Program-made: the position numbers and the translations under genes
Assembly (NCBI RefSeq): GCF_963921235.1
Contig: NC_086097.1
Span: forward strand, 136,216,001 to 136,280,000
Origin: Mobula hypostoma
Taxonomy: Eukaryota
Length of the DNA: 64,000 nt
Reading direction: 5' to 3'
The notes under the pieces: model-generated
Database searches by the model: none
What the model was told of the DNA's origin: nothing
The model's input: only the letters and a program-made list of their open reading frames with translations
In this document: positions 1 through 12,307 of the stretch, piece by piece
How the letters are laid out: every line of letters starts with the position of its first letter
How positions within the stretch are numbered: position 1 is the stretch's first letter

Positions 1-1372
1 ATCAGAAACATCCAAACAAATTAAACCTGATGCACCTTCTATACATGTATGATGTGAAATTATATGCATCTTCAACAATAAAGCTAAAGCAATTATTTTA
101 AATAGTAGGACTATTTTCTTAAGATATAAACATGAACTTTGGTCTGGATAGGTGTAGACCATTAAACATAAAGAAAAGTGCAAGAGAGCTAGCAGAATAC
201 AAAACAGAGCAGCAGGATACCATACAACCGATGGATGAAAATGAAATATGTAAGTATTTGGGATATCAGCAAGCAAAGAAAACAGATCATAATGTGATAT
301 AGGGAAAACTTTTGTCAGAATTTACTTCAAGGCTTAAGAAAATCTGTCAAACAGAGTTCAATGCTAAAAATATAACAAAGGCAATAAATTCTTTTGCTGT
401 ACCCATATTAACGTATTCTTTTTGTGATGATATCTTGGTCCAAAACTGATCTGGAAAATTTGTAAAGAAAAATAAAAATTGAAATTACAAATTTTAGAAA
501 GCACTCTGCGCACTCGTACTCACTTTGATTAACTCTACCTAGAACAGAAGGAGGAAGAGGAATAACAGACAAAAAAAAACATATCAGTCAAATAAAACTT
601 CTAAAGAGACGGACTGCTTTGTCAAGCAGCTCTTCACTAAACGCCATAAGTAGGACTTCTCGGTGGCCAAATATTTTAATTCCATTCCCATTTCTGTTGC
701 AACATGTTGATCCATGGCCTCCTTTTGTGCTAAGTTAAGGCCACCTTCAGGGTGGAGGAGCAACACCTTATATTCTGGCCATGAGAAGCCAGAAACAATC
801 CGCCACATTACAGGATCCTGCAGCAGTTTAATTCAATCTGACTACTTACTCAGACACAATCAAATGGCAAACATCATTCACCAAAATCTTGTTTTAAAGT
901 ACAAACTCATAGACGCCATACTTTACTATAAATACAAGTCTGATCCAGTTTTAGAGTCCGACTCCTACAAATTATATTATGACTGATCCATAATTACAGA
1001 TAGGACAATCCATAATAACTGTCCGGATATAATATTACAGGATAAACTAGCAAGAACAGCTTAATAGATATGGATATTCCTAACACACATGACATACAGC
1101 AATCAATAAGTGAAAACACCAGAAATATGTTGAATTAAAAGTGGAAATTGAAAGACTATGGAACATGAGCAGGGTATACATTGTCCCAAGACTGGTACCT
1201 ACAACTGGTATCATCCCAAAGTCACTACACAATAGCATTAAACAATATTTGTGTAAATCTTCAGAAAGCCACAATACTAAACACCACTAAAATAATCCAA
1301 AAATTCCTAGCGATTGAGAAATAAGTGTGTTTAGCTATGCCTGTACCTCAGGTTTTGCCAGCTTGAGCTGAG
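1..1372 (+). mobile_element. Degenerate R4/Dong-clade non-LTR retrotransposon (RT C-terminal half + RLE endonuclease), 3' end
   Basis: Manual translation gives HLLYMYDVKLYA (decayed YMDD), DINMNFGLDRC, KYLGYQQ, KAINSFAVPILTYSF, LPRTEGGRGI, ETIRHITGSC..LRHNQMANIIHQ (ORF 714-986), IITDRTIHNNCPDIILQDK (PD..D nuclease), KYVELKVEIERLW. Frameshifts/stops; AT-rich; ends in a TAAA-like tract. Confidence 0.85.
650..780 (+). mobile_element. Penelope-like GIY-YIG 3' fragment embedded in the R4 element
   Basis: gtggccaaatattttaattccattccc...ccatggcctcc...ggtggaggagcaacaccttatattc matches the Penelope copy at about 60640-60750. Confidence 0.6.
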
Positions 1373-2810
1373 AATAAATAAATAAACAAACAAACCAATA
1401 AATACATGAATACATATATTTTGAGAACATGAAATGAAGAGCCCTTGAAAGTGAGTCCATAATTGGTAGGAGCAGTTCAGTGCCGGGGTTATGGAATCAG
1501 TTCAGTGTTGAGGTAAGTGAAGTTACCACTCTGGTTCAAGAGCCTGATGGTTGAGGGGTAATAACTGTTCTTGATCCTAGTGGTGTGGGTCCTGAGGCTC
1601 TGGTACCTTCCTTCTGATGGCAGGAGTGAGAAGAGAACATGGACTGGATGGTGGGGGTCCTTGTTGATGGATGCTGCTTTCCTGTGATAGCGCTCCAAGT
1701 TGATATGCTCAGTGGTAGGGAGGGCTCTACCTGTGATCGACTGGGCTGTATTGACAACTTTTTGTAGGCATTTCCATTCAAGGGCATTGGTGTTTCCATA
1801 CCAGGCCATGATGCAGCCAGTCAACATAAACTCCACCAAACATCTATAGAAGTTTTTCAAAGTTTTAGGTGGCATGTCAAATCTTCACAAACTTCTAAGT
1901 AGAGGTGCTGCTGTGCTTTCTTCATAATGGGACTTACGTACTAGACCCAGGACTGATCCTCTGAAATGATAGCATGAAAGAATTTAAAGTTGCTGACCCT
2001 CTCCACTTCTGATCTCTTGATGAGGACTGGCTCATGGACCTCCGGTTTCCTCCTCCTGAACTCAATAATCAGCTCCTTGGTCTTGCTGGCATTAAGTGAG
2101 AGGTTGTTGTTATGGCACCACCAGCCAGATTTTCTTTCTCCCTCCTATATGCTGATTTGTCACCATCTTTCATTTGGCTTACAACAGTGGTGTCATCAGC
2201 AAACTTAAGCATGGCATCGGAGCTGTGCTTAGCCTCACTGTCATAATTTCCAGCGAGTAGAGCAGGGGGCTGAGCACACAGCCTTGTGGTGCACCTGTGC
2301 AGATGGAGATTGTGGAGGAGATGTTGTCACCAATCTGAACTGACTTGGGTCTGCAAGTGTGGAAATCAAGGATCCAGTTGCACAAGGAGGTACTGAGGCC
2401 TGGGTCTTGTCACTCATTAGTTAGGTTTGAGGGGATGACAGTATTAAATGCAAAAACTGCATTCAGGTGAAGAGCATCCTGATGTATGCAACTTTGCTGT
2501 CCAGATGTTCCAGGATTGAATGAAGAGCCAATGAGATGGCATCTACAAATTGGAGCAGATCCAAGCTGCTTGTCAGGCAGGAATTGATATGCTTCATCTT
2601 AAACCTCTCAAAGCACTTCATCACATTACATGTAGGTGCTACCGGATGAGAGTCATTGAGGTAGGTTACCACGTTCTTCTTAGGCACTGCTTGTTTGAAG
2701 CAGGTGGGTACCTCAGACTGCTGAAGCGAGAGGTTAAAGATCTCAGTGAACCCTCCAGCCAATTGACCAGCACAGGTCTTTAGTACTTGGCCAGGTATCC
2801 CACCTTGACC
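1373..2810 (-). mobile_element. Rex1/Babar-type LINE, 5'-truncated, decayed RT
   Basis: ORFs 2463-2762 ([26 protein letters not shown]), 2179-2385 ([22 protein letters not shown]), 1489-1875 (C-terminal HPVHVLFSLLPS.GRYQSLRTHTTR). Confidence 0.85.
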
Positions 2811-3094
2811 GCGTCGTCATCCTTCTGTAGTTCCCTTTCAGCAAATACAGCATTTTGCTTTGTGGGTTGCAAACAAGGATAATCTAGTCCTTGCCACATT
2901 GTGCTTTGTGGGAGCTTGTTGTACTTTTCTGGATCCAGAGAAGGGGCTTGTGTTGTTCTTGGATCAAGAGAAAGCCTGTGTACAGTGCCTTCTACTAGTT
3001 ACCACCACCTGACCTCTTGAGGCTGATTGACTGTCTGAAGGTGATGAGCTGATCTGCAGATGTGCCTTTCTTTATTCAAACGTTCCAGATCAAA

Positions 3095-3786
3095 TCTGAT
3101 CTGAGGGAACACACTCCAGTCCTCATAGAGGGATCAGAAGTGGAGAGAATGAGCAATTTCAAGCTCCTGGGTGTCAGTATCCCTGAGGAACTAACCTGGT
3201 CCCAACATATCGATGCATCTATAAAGAAGGCAAGACAGTGGCTATATTTCATTTGGAGTTTGTGGAGATTTGGTATGTCACCCTAAACACTCAGATGAAC
3301 CATGGAGAACATCCTAACTAACTGCCCGCATCACCATCTGGAATGAGAGTGTGTGGGGGGGTGGGCTACCGCACAGGATGGAAGCTGTAAAATTAGTCAG
3401 CTCCATCATGGGCACTAGCCTCCATGGCATCCAAGACATCTTCAAAAGAGCGGTACCTCAGAAACACAGTGCCCGTCATTAAGGATTTCCCTCACGCAGG
3501 ACATGCCCTCTTTTCAGGAAGGACGTACAGAAGCCTAAAGGCACACACTCAACGATTCAGAAACAGCTTCTTTCTGAATGGACATTGAACCTATGAACGC
3601 TACCTCACTACTTCCTTATTTCTGTTTTTGCACTACTTACTTCATTTAACTATTTTATATATGTATATACTTACTGTAATTCACAGATTTTTTTTCTCTA
3701 TTATCATGTATTGCATTGTACTGCTGCTGCAAAGCTAAATAATGTCATGACATATACCAACCATATTAAATCTGACTCTGATTCTA
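3095..3786 (+). mobile_element. Rex1/Babar LINE 3' fragment
   Basis: ORF 3062-3286 (VERMSNFKLLGV..LTWSQHID..KKARQWLYF); ends attaaatctgactctgattct (GATTCT-type tail). Confidence 0.8.
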
Positions 3787-3789
3787 AGA

Positions 3790-4041
3790 CCAGAAAATCT
3801 GCAGGAGCTGGAAATTCAAGCAACACAAAAGATGGTTGAGGAGCTCAGCAGGTCAGGCAGCTTCTATGGAAAAGAGTAAACAGCCCAAGACCCTTCATCA
3901 GGACTGGAAAAAGAGATGAGAACTTCTCGTCTTTTTTTTTCCAGTCCTGGTGAAGGGTCTCGGCCCAAAACATCGACTGTTTTGTCTTTTCCATAGATGC
4001 TGCCTGGCCTGCTGAATTCCTCCAGCTTTCTGTGTGTTGCT
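3790..4041. mobile_element. Penelope-derived mini-element with inverted arms and two decayed hammerhead motifs
   Basis: Minus arm ..gacccttcatcaggactgg (about 3889-3907) and plus arm ccagtcctggtgaagggtctcggcccaaaacatcgactg (3941-3979); outer arms are reverse complements. Confidence 0.75.
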
Positions 4042-4159
4042 CTGCTCAGTTTGTTAGGTTTGAGAATTGGCAGCAAACTGGCAGCCACGGACAAAAACGT
4101 CTCCACTGCACCAGGTGAATCTCTGATTTCCGGTGCTGCTTGTGGTGGCTGAGAGAATT

Positions 4160-4468
4160 TGGTGCAGCATAGTGGTACAGCTGATGACTCATACCTCCAG
4201 TTACTCCGGTTTGATCTGGACCTCGACTGCCCTCTGTGTGGGGTTGGTACATATCACCCTGCGACCACATGGATTCCCTCCCACATCCCAAAGATGTGAG
4301 GGCTGATTGGTCACTGTGCTCTTCGTGAGTGATAGAATCTGGGGGAAGAAGATTGGCAAGTGGGGAGAACAAAATGGGATTTTGTCAGATTAGTGTAAAG
4401 GAGTGCTTGATTTTCTGTGTGGACTCAGCATACTAAAAGTTTTATATCCATGCTGGATAACTCCATGA
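4160..4468 (+). mobile_element. tRNA-derived SINE (HE1/V-SINE-like)
   Basis: tRNA-like head, central tgtgtggggttggtacatatcaccctgcgaccacatgg..ctcccacatcccaaagatgtg, CR1-like tail. Related copies at about 9260-9495(-), 19720-19970(-), 25410-25670(-), 55700-55945(-), 58345-58640(+). Confidence 0.6.
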
Positions 4469-6820
4469 AAAAAAACATAAACCTTTTCTCCAGCCAGTTG
4501 CCAACTACTCTGTAGTTATTTGACAATAAAATTAAACTGAAATAGTATCCGCCTTACCATCTGTAGTCGTCATGTAAGATCTACAAATGACCCCTTTAAC
4601 AGCGAGGCTTTCTCTATAAGATTGTGCATGGGATTGAACATCTAAATTAATGTTAATATCAAAAAGACTTTGCTGAAGTAGTAAGCAACAGCAAGTAATT
4701 CTGGCTCTCACTTCGATTAAAATTGTACTTTAGAACTGAAATGGCCTCTGCCTCTCTGTTCTGTGAGGCAGGGATTCTTTCATTAATTGATAGAAAAATG
4801 CTCGCTTGTTTACTGTGAATATTGCCACTGTAGCCCTGTGCATAACAGATGCATTCATTCCGAGTCTCTCGTCCAAGTCACGGATGTTTTAGAAAATCCT
4901 ATTAAACAGGAGTGCCATGCATCTGTCGTCAAGGTACCTGGATCTTGCCAGCTTGTTAATTCAGCAAAAATTTTCCGATGCTTTCGTTCAGTTAGTCCTT
5001 CTCTATTCTGTTTCTGCTGTTACCTGACGGCAGCGTGTGGACCCAAAGACAATGCAGAATGCACTATGAGGTGTCCTGGCCGATGGGCCAGATTTCAGCA
5101 TGGACCTGGCAGCATTATCCTAGAGGTCGTTGGTAATCGAATCAGAACGTGTGGTAGTGTGTGTGATGTCATGGCTGAAGGGGAGGCAGCAGTTAAAGAT
5201 ACAGTACAGAAGCAGGCTTCGGCCTATGGCAACCAAGGTGGCCATCTTAACTAAGCCCATTGGCCTGTGTTTGGTTCATATCCCTCTGAACCTTTCCTAC
5301 CCAAGTGCCTTTTAGATGTCCCTAATGTCGGAAGAAACCACAGAGAGTTGTGGACACGGCTCAGCATATCACAGAAACCAGCCTCCCCTCCATACACTCT
5401 ATCTACGCATTTCGCAGCAACATCAGCGACCCCACACACCCGGATTCTTCCCATTGGGAAGAAAGTACAAAGGCTTGACAACGCGCACCATCAGGCTCAT
5501 GGGCATCTTCTATCCTGCTGTTCTAAGACTATTGAATGATCCCCTGACATCACAATCTACCTTGTCATGGCTGTACCGTAACATCTGCCTGTGCTGCACT
5601 TTCTCTGTAATTGTAACACTTTATTCTGCATTCTGCTATTACTACTTCAAAGCACTGATAATGATGAAATGATCTGTAATGGATGGCTTTTCACTGTGCG
5701 ACTAAAATAAACCAATTTACCTGCCTGTACTATAGAAAAAGAGCAGTGCAGCACAATGCGGGCCCTGCTAGGGGTGGCGGAGGAGCCAGATACGATAGCA
5801 ACATTTAAGAATCTCTTAGAGAAGCACAACAATGAGCAGAGAATGGAGGGATCTGAACATTGTTTAGTTGGGCACTTAATTCCAAATTTGATTAGCTTGG
5901 TACAACATCATGGGCCCAAGGGTCTGTTCCTGTACTCTACAATTCTATTTTATATACTCTGGGCAGGGAATGGAGTGATATTAACCATGTGCCAGCAGGT
6001 GGGGTTACTTTACCCTGGCATCATGGTTGGCACAAACGTGGTGGGTCAAGGACCCTGCACTGTTCTGTGTACAGTGTTCTGTCCAGAGGATCACCAGGGA
6101 CTCCAGCCACCCCAACCACAAACTGTTACAGCTGCTTCCATCTGGCAAATGGTACCGCAACATTAAGGCCAGGAGCAACAGGCTCCGGGACAGCATCTTT
6201 GACCAGGACATCAGATTGATCAATACGCATTGATCTGATTGCATACACATGTATGCAAAACAATTACGTGTACGATCTTTGTGTTCGGGCACTATCCTCC
6301 CACATCTCCGTTCCTTATCGCTTGTAGTGACGGAGACGCAACATAAATATCTTTACTCCCTCATGTTACGAGATGGATGCAAGAAGTAAAGTAAATTGTA
6401 ATTCTAATTCAAATACCAAACATTACGTATTACTGGTGTTTCCTGTGGTGTGCTTGGCTGTACTCACAAATCTCTGCACAATATATTCTGCGTGATTGCT
6501 GGAAATCAGGGCCATGCCATCTTCTCGCTGCTGCTGTCAGGTAGGAGGTACAGAAGTCCGAAGTCTCACCATCAAGTTCAGGGACACCTACTTTCCTGCA
6601 ACCATAAGTCTCTTGAACTGACCTGCACAGACCCATCCCCTACTACAGCAATAGAATATTACAGACCACTTCTTGCATTAGCATGGACGTGCCCATGACT
6701 CTGTTTCTTTTTTCTCTAGGGTCTTATATTTCTTTTCTCTCTTCACTGCCTTGTATAATTTATGTGTAGTTTATATTCTGTGTGTTTTCTGTGGTGCTGC
6801 TGTATGCAAGATTGTTATTG

Positions 6821-6917
6821 CAAAGAACACAATGTGCTAGAGGGACTCAGCAAGTCAGTCAGCATCTACGGATGGGAACAGAGAGTCAATGTTTCAGGCC
6901 GAGACCCTTCGTCAGGA
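6821..6917 (-). mobile_element. Penelope-derived 97-bp mini-element with hammerhead motif
   Basis: TSD caagattgttattg (6807-6820) / caagcttgttattg (6918-6931); minus strand reads (g)tcCTGACGAagggtctcggcctGAAAcATTgactc. Confidence 0.8.
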
Positions 6918-7667
6918 CAAGCTTGTTATTGTACCTGTGCCTTGCTGTATTTGTGCACTAGACAATAAACTCGACTTGAAATAAGACCATAAGACCATAA
7001 GACAAAGGAGCAGAAGTCGGCCATTCGGCGCATCGAGTCTACTCCGCCATTTTATCATGAGCTGATCCATTCTCCCATTTAGTCCCACTCCCCCACCTTT
7101 TCACCATAACCTTTGATTCCCTGGCTACTCAGATACCTGAGTATCTGCAGCCTTGGAGAAAGAAGCAGCTCTTGTGTTTGCTGATGAGCTTCGATTGTAA
7201 GTGGGGAAGATTTGGGAGGGCGCTGTTGTTTTTTGTCACCTTCCAGAGAGTTTGGAGGACTTTGGGGTGGCAGCACTGCAGGTGAGTTGGAGACACAAGC
7301 GTCTGCAGGTGCTGGGACCTGGAGCGAAAAAACAAACTGTCATAGGAACTAAATGGTTCAGGCAGCATCTGTGGAGGGGTTTTTCCATCAGGAAGGAGGT
7401 GTAGGAGTTTTAGGTCCCACACCATCAGGTTCAGTTTCAGGAACAGTTATTATTTTTCAGTCATCAGACTCTTGAACCAGAGTGGAAAACTTCACTCACC
7501 CCAACACTGAACTGATTGCATAGCCTCTGGCCTCACCTTCAAGGACTTTACAACTCGTGTTCACAATACTTATTACTTATTTATTTATTGTTATTTTCTT
7601 TTCTTTTTCCTCATTGGTTGTTTGTCTTGTTGAGTGCAATTTTACATTTCTTCTATTGTGTTTATAT

Positions 7668-8848
7668 TATAGGAAAGGTACTAGCGTGGTTAGAAGATTG
7701 GCTGACTGGCAGGAGGCAAACAGTGGGAATAAACGGGGCCTTTTCTGGTTGGCTGCTTGTGACTAGAGGTGTTCCACAGGGTTTGGTATTGGGACAACTT
7801 CTTCTCATGTTATATGTCAATGATTTGGATGATGGAATTGATGGCTTTGTGGCCAAGTTTGCAGTTGATATGAAAAGATAGGTGGAGGGACAGGTATTTT
7901 TGAAGAGACAGGGAGTCTGCAGAAGGGGGGGGGTGCTCCCAATCTTCTTTATGTCATGGGCCAATACTATTAAACAAGGGGTCTGTGGACCCCAGATTGG
8001 GAACCCCTGACTTAGGCAGATTAGGAGAAGTGACAAAGTAGTAGTAGATGGAATATATTGTAGAGAAGTGTAAGCTCATGCACATTATTCCTTCTGTTTT
8101 CTAAACGGGGAGAAAATTCAGAAATCAGCAAAGGGATCTGGGAGTCTTTGTGCAGGATTCCCTAATGGGTAACTTGCAGGTTGAGTTGGTAGTAAGGAAG
8201 GCAAATACAATGTTAGCATACATTGTGAGAGGACTAGAATATAAGCACAAAGATGTAATGCTGAAGCTTTATAAGGCATTGGTCAGACGGCACTTGGAGT
8301 ATTGTGAGCAACTTTGGGCCCCTTATGTATAAAAAGATGTGCTGGCATTTGAGAGGGTCCAGAGGAGGCTCACGAGAATGATTCTGGGAATAAAAGGGTT
8401 AACGGATGAGGATTGTTTGATGGTCTGGGCCTGTACTTGCTGGAGTTTTGAAGAAAGGTGTGGGGGTGGGCGCAGACCTCATTGAAGCCTATCGAATATG
8501 AAAGGGCCTAGATGGAGTGGATCCGAAGAGGGTGCTTCCTACAGTGGGTGTCTAGGACCAAGCGGCACAGCCTTAGGATAGAGGGCATCCATTTAGAATG
8601 GAGATGAGGAGGAATATCTTTAGCTAGAGGGTGCTGAATTTGTGAAATTTGTTGCCAAGTATGGCTTTGGAGGTCAAGTCACTGTGTATATTTAAAGCAG
8701 AGGTTGATAGGTTCTTGATCCGTGAAGATGTCAAAGGTTACAGAGGAAATGGGGTTGAGAGAGATAATAAATCAGCCATGATGGAGTGGCAGAGCAGACT
8801 CGATGGGCTGAATAGCCTAATTCTGCTCCTATGTCTATTATCTTATGT
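7668..8848 (+). mobile_element. CR1 LINE 3' fragment (decayed RT + 3' UTR)
   Basis: GVPQGLVLGQLLLMLYVNDLDDGIDGFVAKFAVD; LYKALVRRHLEYCEQLWAPY; CR1 3' UTR hairpin and ttatgt-like tail. Confidence 0.9.
7929..8009. mobile_element. Short hAT-type MITE inserted in CR1
   Basis: Ends resemble CAGGGGTTCCCAAC..GTTGGGAACCCCTG; a second copy in opposite orientation at 11267-11346. Confidence 0.6.
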
Positions 8849-10504
8849 TTTCAGTGTATATGCTTTGAATGCCTGCAATAAAATGAACCTTAGGGCAGTA
8901 TATGGTGACCTATGTGTACTGAGATAATAAATTTACTTTGCACTTTGGCGGAGACCCTTCGTTATGAGGGGTGCAGAGTCCCAACTCCACGATGTTTCTC
9001 GACCCACTGAGTTCCTCCGGCAGTTTACCCTTTTCCTGACTGGGGATGAGATGTCAGCTGTAGGTGGTTGAGGTCCCAGGAGTGTAGAGGACAGGCATCC
9101 CTGCTGCCTGTGAGACCATGAGCTTTGCGCTGGGCCCGAGGTCTTGCTCTGCAATACACATGATAACAGCCATGACTTGCTTGTGGATTGATGCGCAGAA
9201 GTAGAAAGTGGGTCAGGATTTTACTGGTGTCCAGCGTGTCTTTCTACTGATTAATTGATTGATTGAGATACAGCGTGGAATAGGCCCTTTCAGCTCTTGA
9301 GGCCAAGCTGCCCAGCAACCCTGATGGCCAGTGACCTACAAATCAGTAGGTCTCTGGACTGTGAGAGGAAACTGCAGCACTTGGAGGAAACCCACACAAT
9401 CACGGGGAGAATGTACAAACTCCTTACCGACAGTGGTGGGAATTGAACCCGGGTCATTGGTACTGTAAACCGTTGTGCCCACCATGCTGCCCTATCGCAT
9501 CACGTTGGAGCTTAGCTCCTACTGAACGGTCAGTAAACAGCACAGCGAGTCATTACTAAATCTCGGACACTTCCAGCCTGCACGTTATTCTTCTCGGAGT
9601 TGAAATGCTGCATCTACAGTGCTGTATCTTCCATGCATCTGGAAGCGCATTCGAATTAATGATGGGAGCAGATGTGTTCAACATCTGCCAGCTGCCATGG
9701 TAAACAAGGAACTTGGTAATCTCCAGTGTCCCTAAGCTTTAACCAACACATCTGAAATGTATGCTGAGTGCATTTGTCACAGTGCTGGGTTCCACCTCTT
9801 TGCTTAGTAGGAGTTTGAGCAAATACATCTGGATTCCACAAGGCAGGCTCACACATAATCATCCTCTGTCTCAACAAAGGAGAACTGTGGGTCCCAAATG
9901 GTTCTCTGATTAAATGGTTAATCAACCCTTAGCACAGTGTGATGTGCAAAGGAATCAACTGGGTGACATTGGAATATAGTCCACAATGGACAGAAGGTGG
10001 CCATGCAGCCCATCAGGCCTGCTTCAGGAATCAATAAAATAATGACTGAAGCCTGACCCAGCTCCATCTTCACAACTATTTTTATATCTCTCAACAGCTG
10101 TAATAAACAAAATCTATCAATTTCAGATCTTCAAAATTAAGGAATTGTAATTTTTCCCAAAAGCTGTTGGATTCTGATGCTTTTACAATCCAAAGGTTCT
10201 TTAGGAGACAAGGTGGGCATAAAACCTATTGCTATGAATTCTATTAAGTGATCTTAAGTAATTTTATTAAAGCTTATGGCAAACAAGAGAAGAGGAGTTG
10301 AGAGAATGAGAAAAAGACATGGAAAAAGCAGTTGTGGTTGCCTCATACTCAGATTAACCTATAAAAGAGCAAGTTTCAAGTAGTGTGACACCGACTACTG
10401 AAGATTAAGAAGTTTCTAGAAAAATACAGAAGCAACTGTACTGTAGTTACTGGAAAATTCACTGACCAGTTGCTTGCATATAGGTAATTATAGTATGAAA
10501 ATAC

Positions 10505-11117
10505 TTCAAGAGCAGGGAGGTCATGCTGCAACTGTACAGGGTACTGGTGAGACTGCACCTGGAGTACTGTGCATTTCTGGTCTCCATACTTGAGGAAGGA
10601 TATACTGGTTTGGAGGCAGTGCAGAGGTGGTTCACCAGGTTGATTCCAGAGATGAAGGGGTTAACCTATGAGGAGAGATTGAGTCGCCTGGGACTATACT
10701 CTCTGGAATTCAGAAGAATGAGAGGGGATCTTATAGAAACATACAAAATTTTGAAAGGAATAGATAAGGTAGAAGTAGGAAAGTTGTTTCCATTGGTAGG
10801 TGAGACTAGAACGAGGGGACATTGCCTCAAGATTCAGGGGAGAAGATTTAGGATGGAGATGAGGAGAAACTGTTTTTCCCAGAAAGTGGTGAATCTGTGG
10901 AATTCTTTGCCCAGGGAAGCAGTTGAAACTTCTTCACCAAACATATTTAAGATACAGTTAGACAGATTTTTACATAGTAGGGGAATAAAGGGTTATGGGG
11001 AAAAGGCAGGAAGATGGAGCTGAGTTTACGGACAGATCAGCCATGATCTTATTGAATGGCGGGGCAGGCTCAATGGGCTGAACGGCCTACTCCTGCTCCT
11101 ATTTCTTATGTTCTTAT
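10505..11117 (+). mobile_element. CR1 LINE 3' fragment
   Basis: ORF 10523-11023 (LYRVLVRLHLEYC..RRMRGDLIETYKILKG..TRGHCLK..VVNLWNSLP); tail tcttatgttcttatg. Confidence 0.92.
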
Positions 11118-11266
11118 GAAAATGCAAGCAAGCATAGGAATGTTAAAGTACAAGAAAAATAGCAATTTACAGTCCACTCCAATAAAATCTACAGTCGATC
11201 TTCTTTTCAGATCACCCCCTCCTGCATTAGGCTTTCTGCTGATAAGCACATCCCTTCCCTCTATTT

Positions 11267-11346
11267 TAGGGGTTCCCAACCTGGGCTCCACAGACCCTTT
11301 GAGTAATGGTATTGGTCCAGAGCATTAAAATGGTCGGGAACTCCTG
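11267..11346. mobile_element. Short hAT-type MITE
   Basis: taggggttcccaacc...ggtcgggaactcctg imperfect TIRs; reverse-complement match to 7929-8009. Confidence 0.6.
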
Positions 11347-11824
11347 CAGAACCATGGAAATAAAATCATTTCCTGATCTTCTCATTGTGAAGAACTGGTG
11401 CAAACTTTCTTCGCTATTTAACCCCTGCGACCAAGTGTTGTTCTGGCAAGTCAGCACAATGCCCTCTCCAAGGCTGAAGTAATCTCTCTCAGGTGTGAAG
11501 GCAGCACTACCTGCAGGGCTCAAGGTCTGGTCCATCCTGAACCTGTAATGTTGCAGTTCAACTTTCATCCCCTGGTTTCCATCTTCAGGATATCAAAGTC
11601 AGATTTCCATTCATTTCGCTGACTACCTGTATATCTGTCCATGGCACATTAAGCATTTATAAAATTGACCTAGAATTCATCCTACTCTCGCTACCATTAA
11701 GAAAGATATTTTTAGTTACGTTATTTATTAGATTTGAGAATGGCAGGCAGTGTTTAATGCTCACTGCTAATTGCCTTATAAAGGTGAGCTACCTCCTTGA
11801 ATGAGTGACTCAAGGCTGGGAACC

Positions 11825-12222
11825 GCTAACTTAGACTGGGAGAATGGGCAAAGAAGTAGCAGGTGGAATACTCTGTAAGGAAGTGTATGGTTATGCACTT
11901 TAATAAAGGGACCCTTTTATTCCTGGAATCATTCTCGTGAATCTTCTGTGGACCTTCTCCAAAGCCAGCACACCTTTTCATACACAGGGGGCCCAAGATT
12001 GCTCACAATATTCCATGCCGTCTAACCAATGCCTTATAAAGCCTCAGCATTACGTCCTTGCTCTTGTATTCTCATTGTCTTGATATGAATACTAACATTG
12101 CATTTGCCTTCCTTACCCCTGACGCAAACTGCAAGTTAACCTTTAGGGAGTCCTGCACAAGTCCCTTTGCACATATGATTTTTGAATTTTCTCCCTGTTT
12201 AGAAAATAGTCTATGCCTTTTT
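11825..12222. mobile_element. CR1 fragments in opposite orientations
   Basis: Plus piece 11825-11905 (..tgtatggttatgcacttt) and minus piece 11910-12222 (LVQDSLKVNLQ..VRKANAMLVFISR). Confidence 0.7.
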
Positions 12223-12307
12223 AGTGAAGGTGATCCTAGATAGGGCTTGGGGGTTCCAGAACATTCAATCCATGAAACCCATTGACCAAAGTCAGTGATG
12301 ACGAAGG

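Noticed and set aside
4787..5254. 155-aa Cys-rich ORF
   Set aside because: Non-ATG start, no domain pattern; consistent with a chance ORF.
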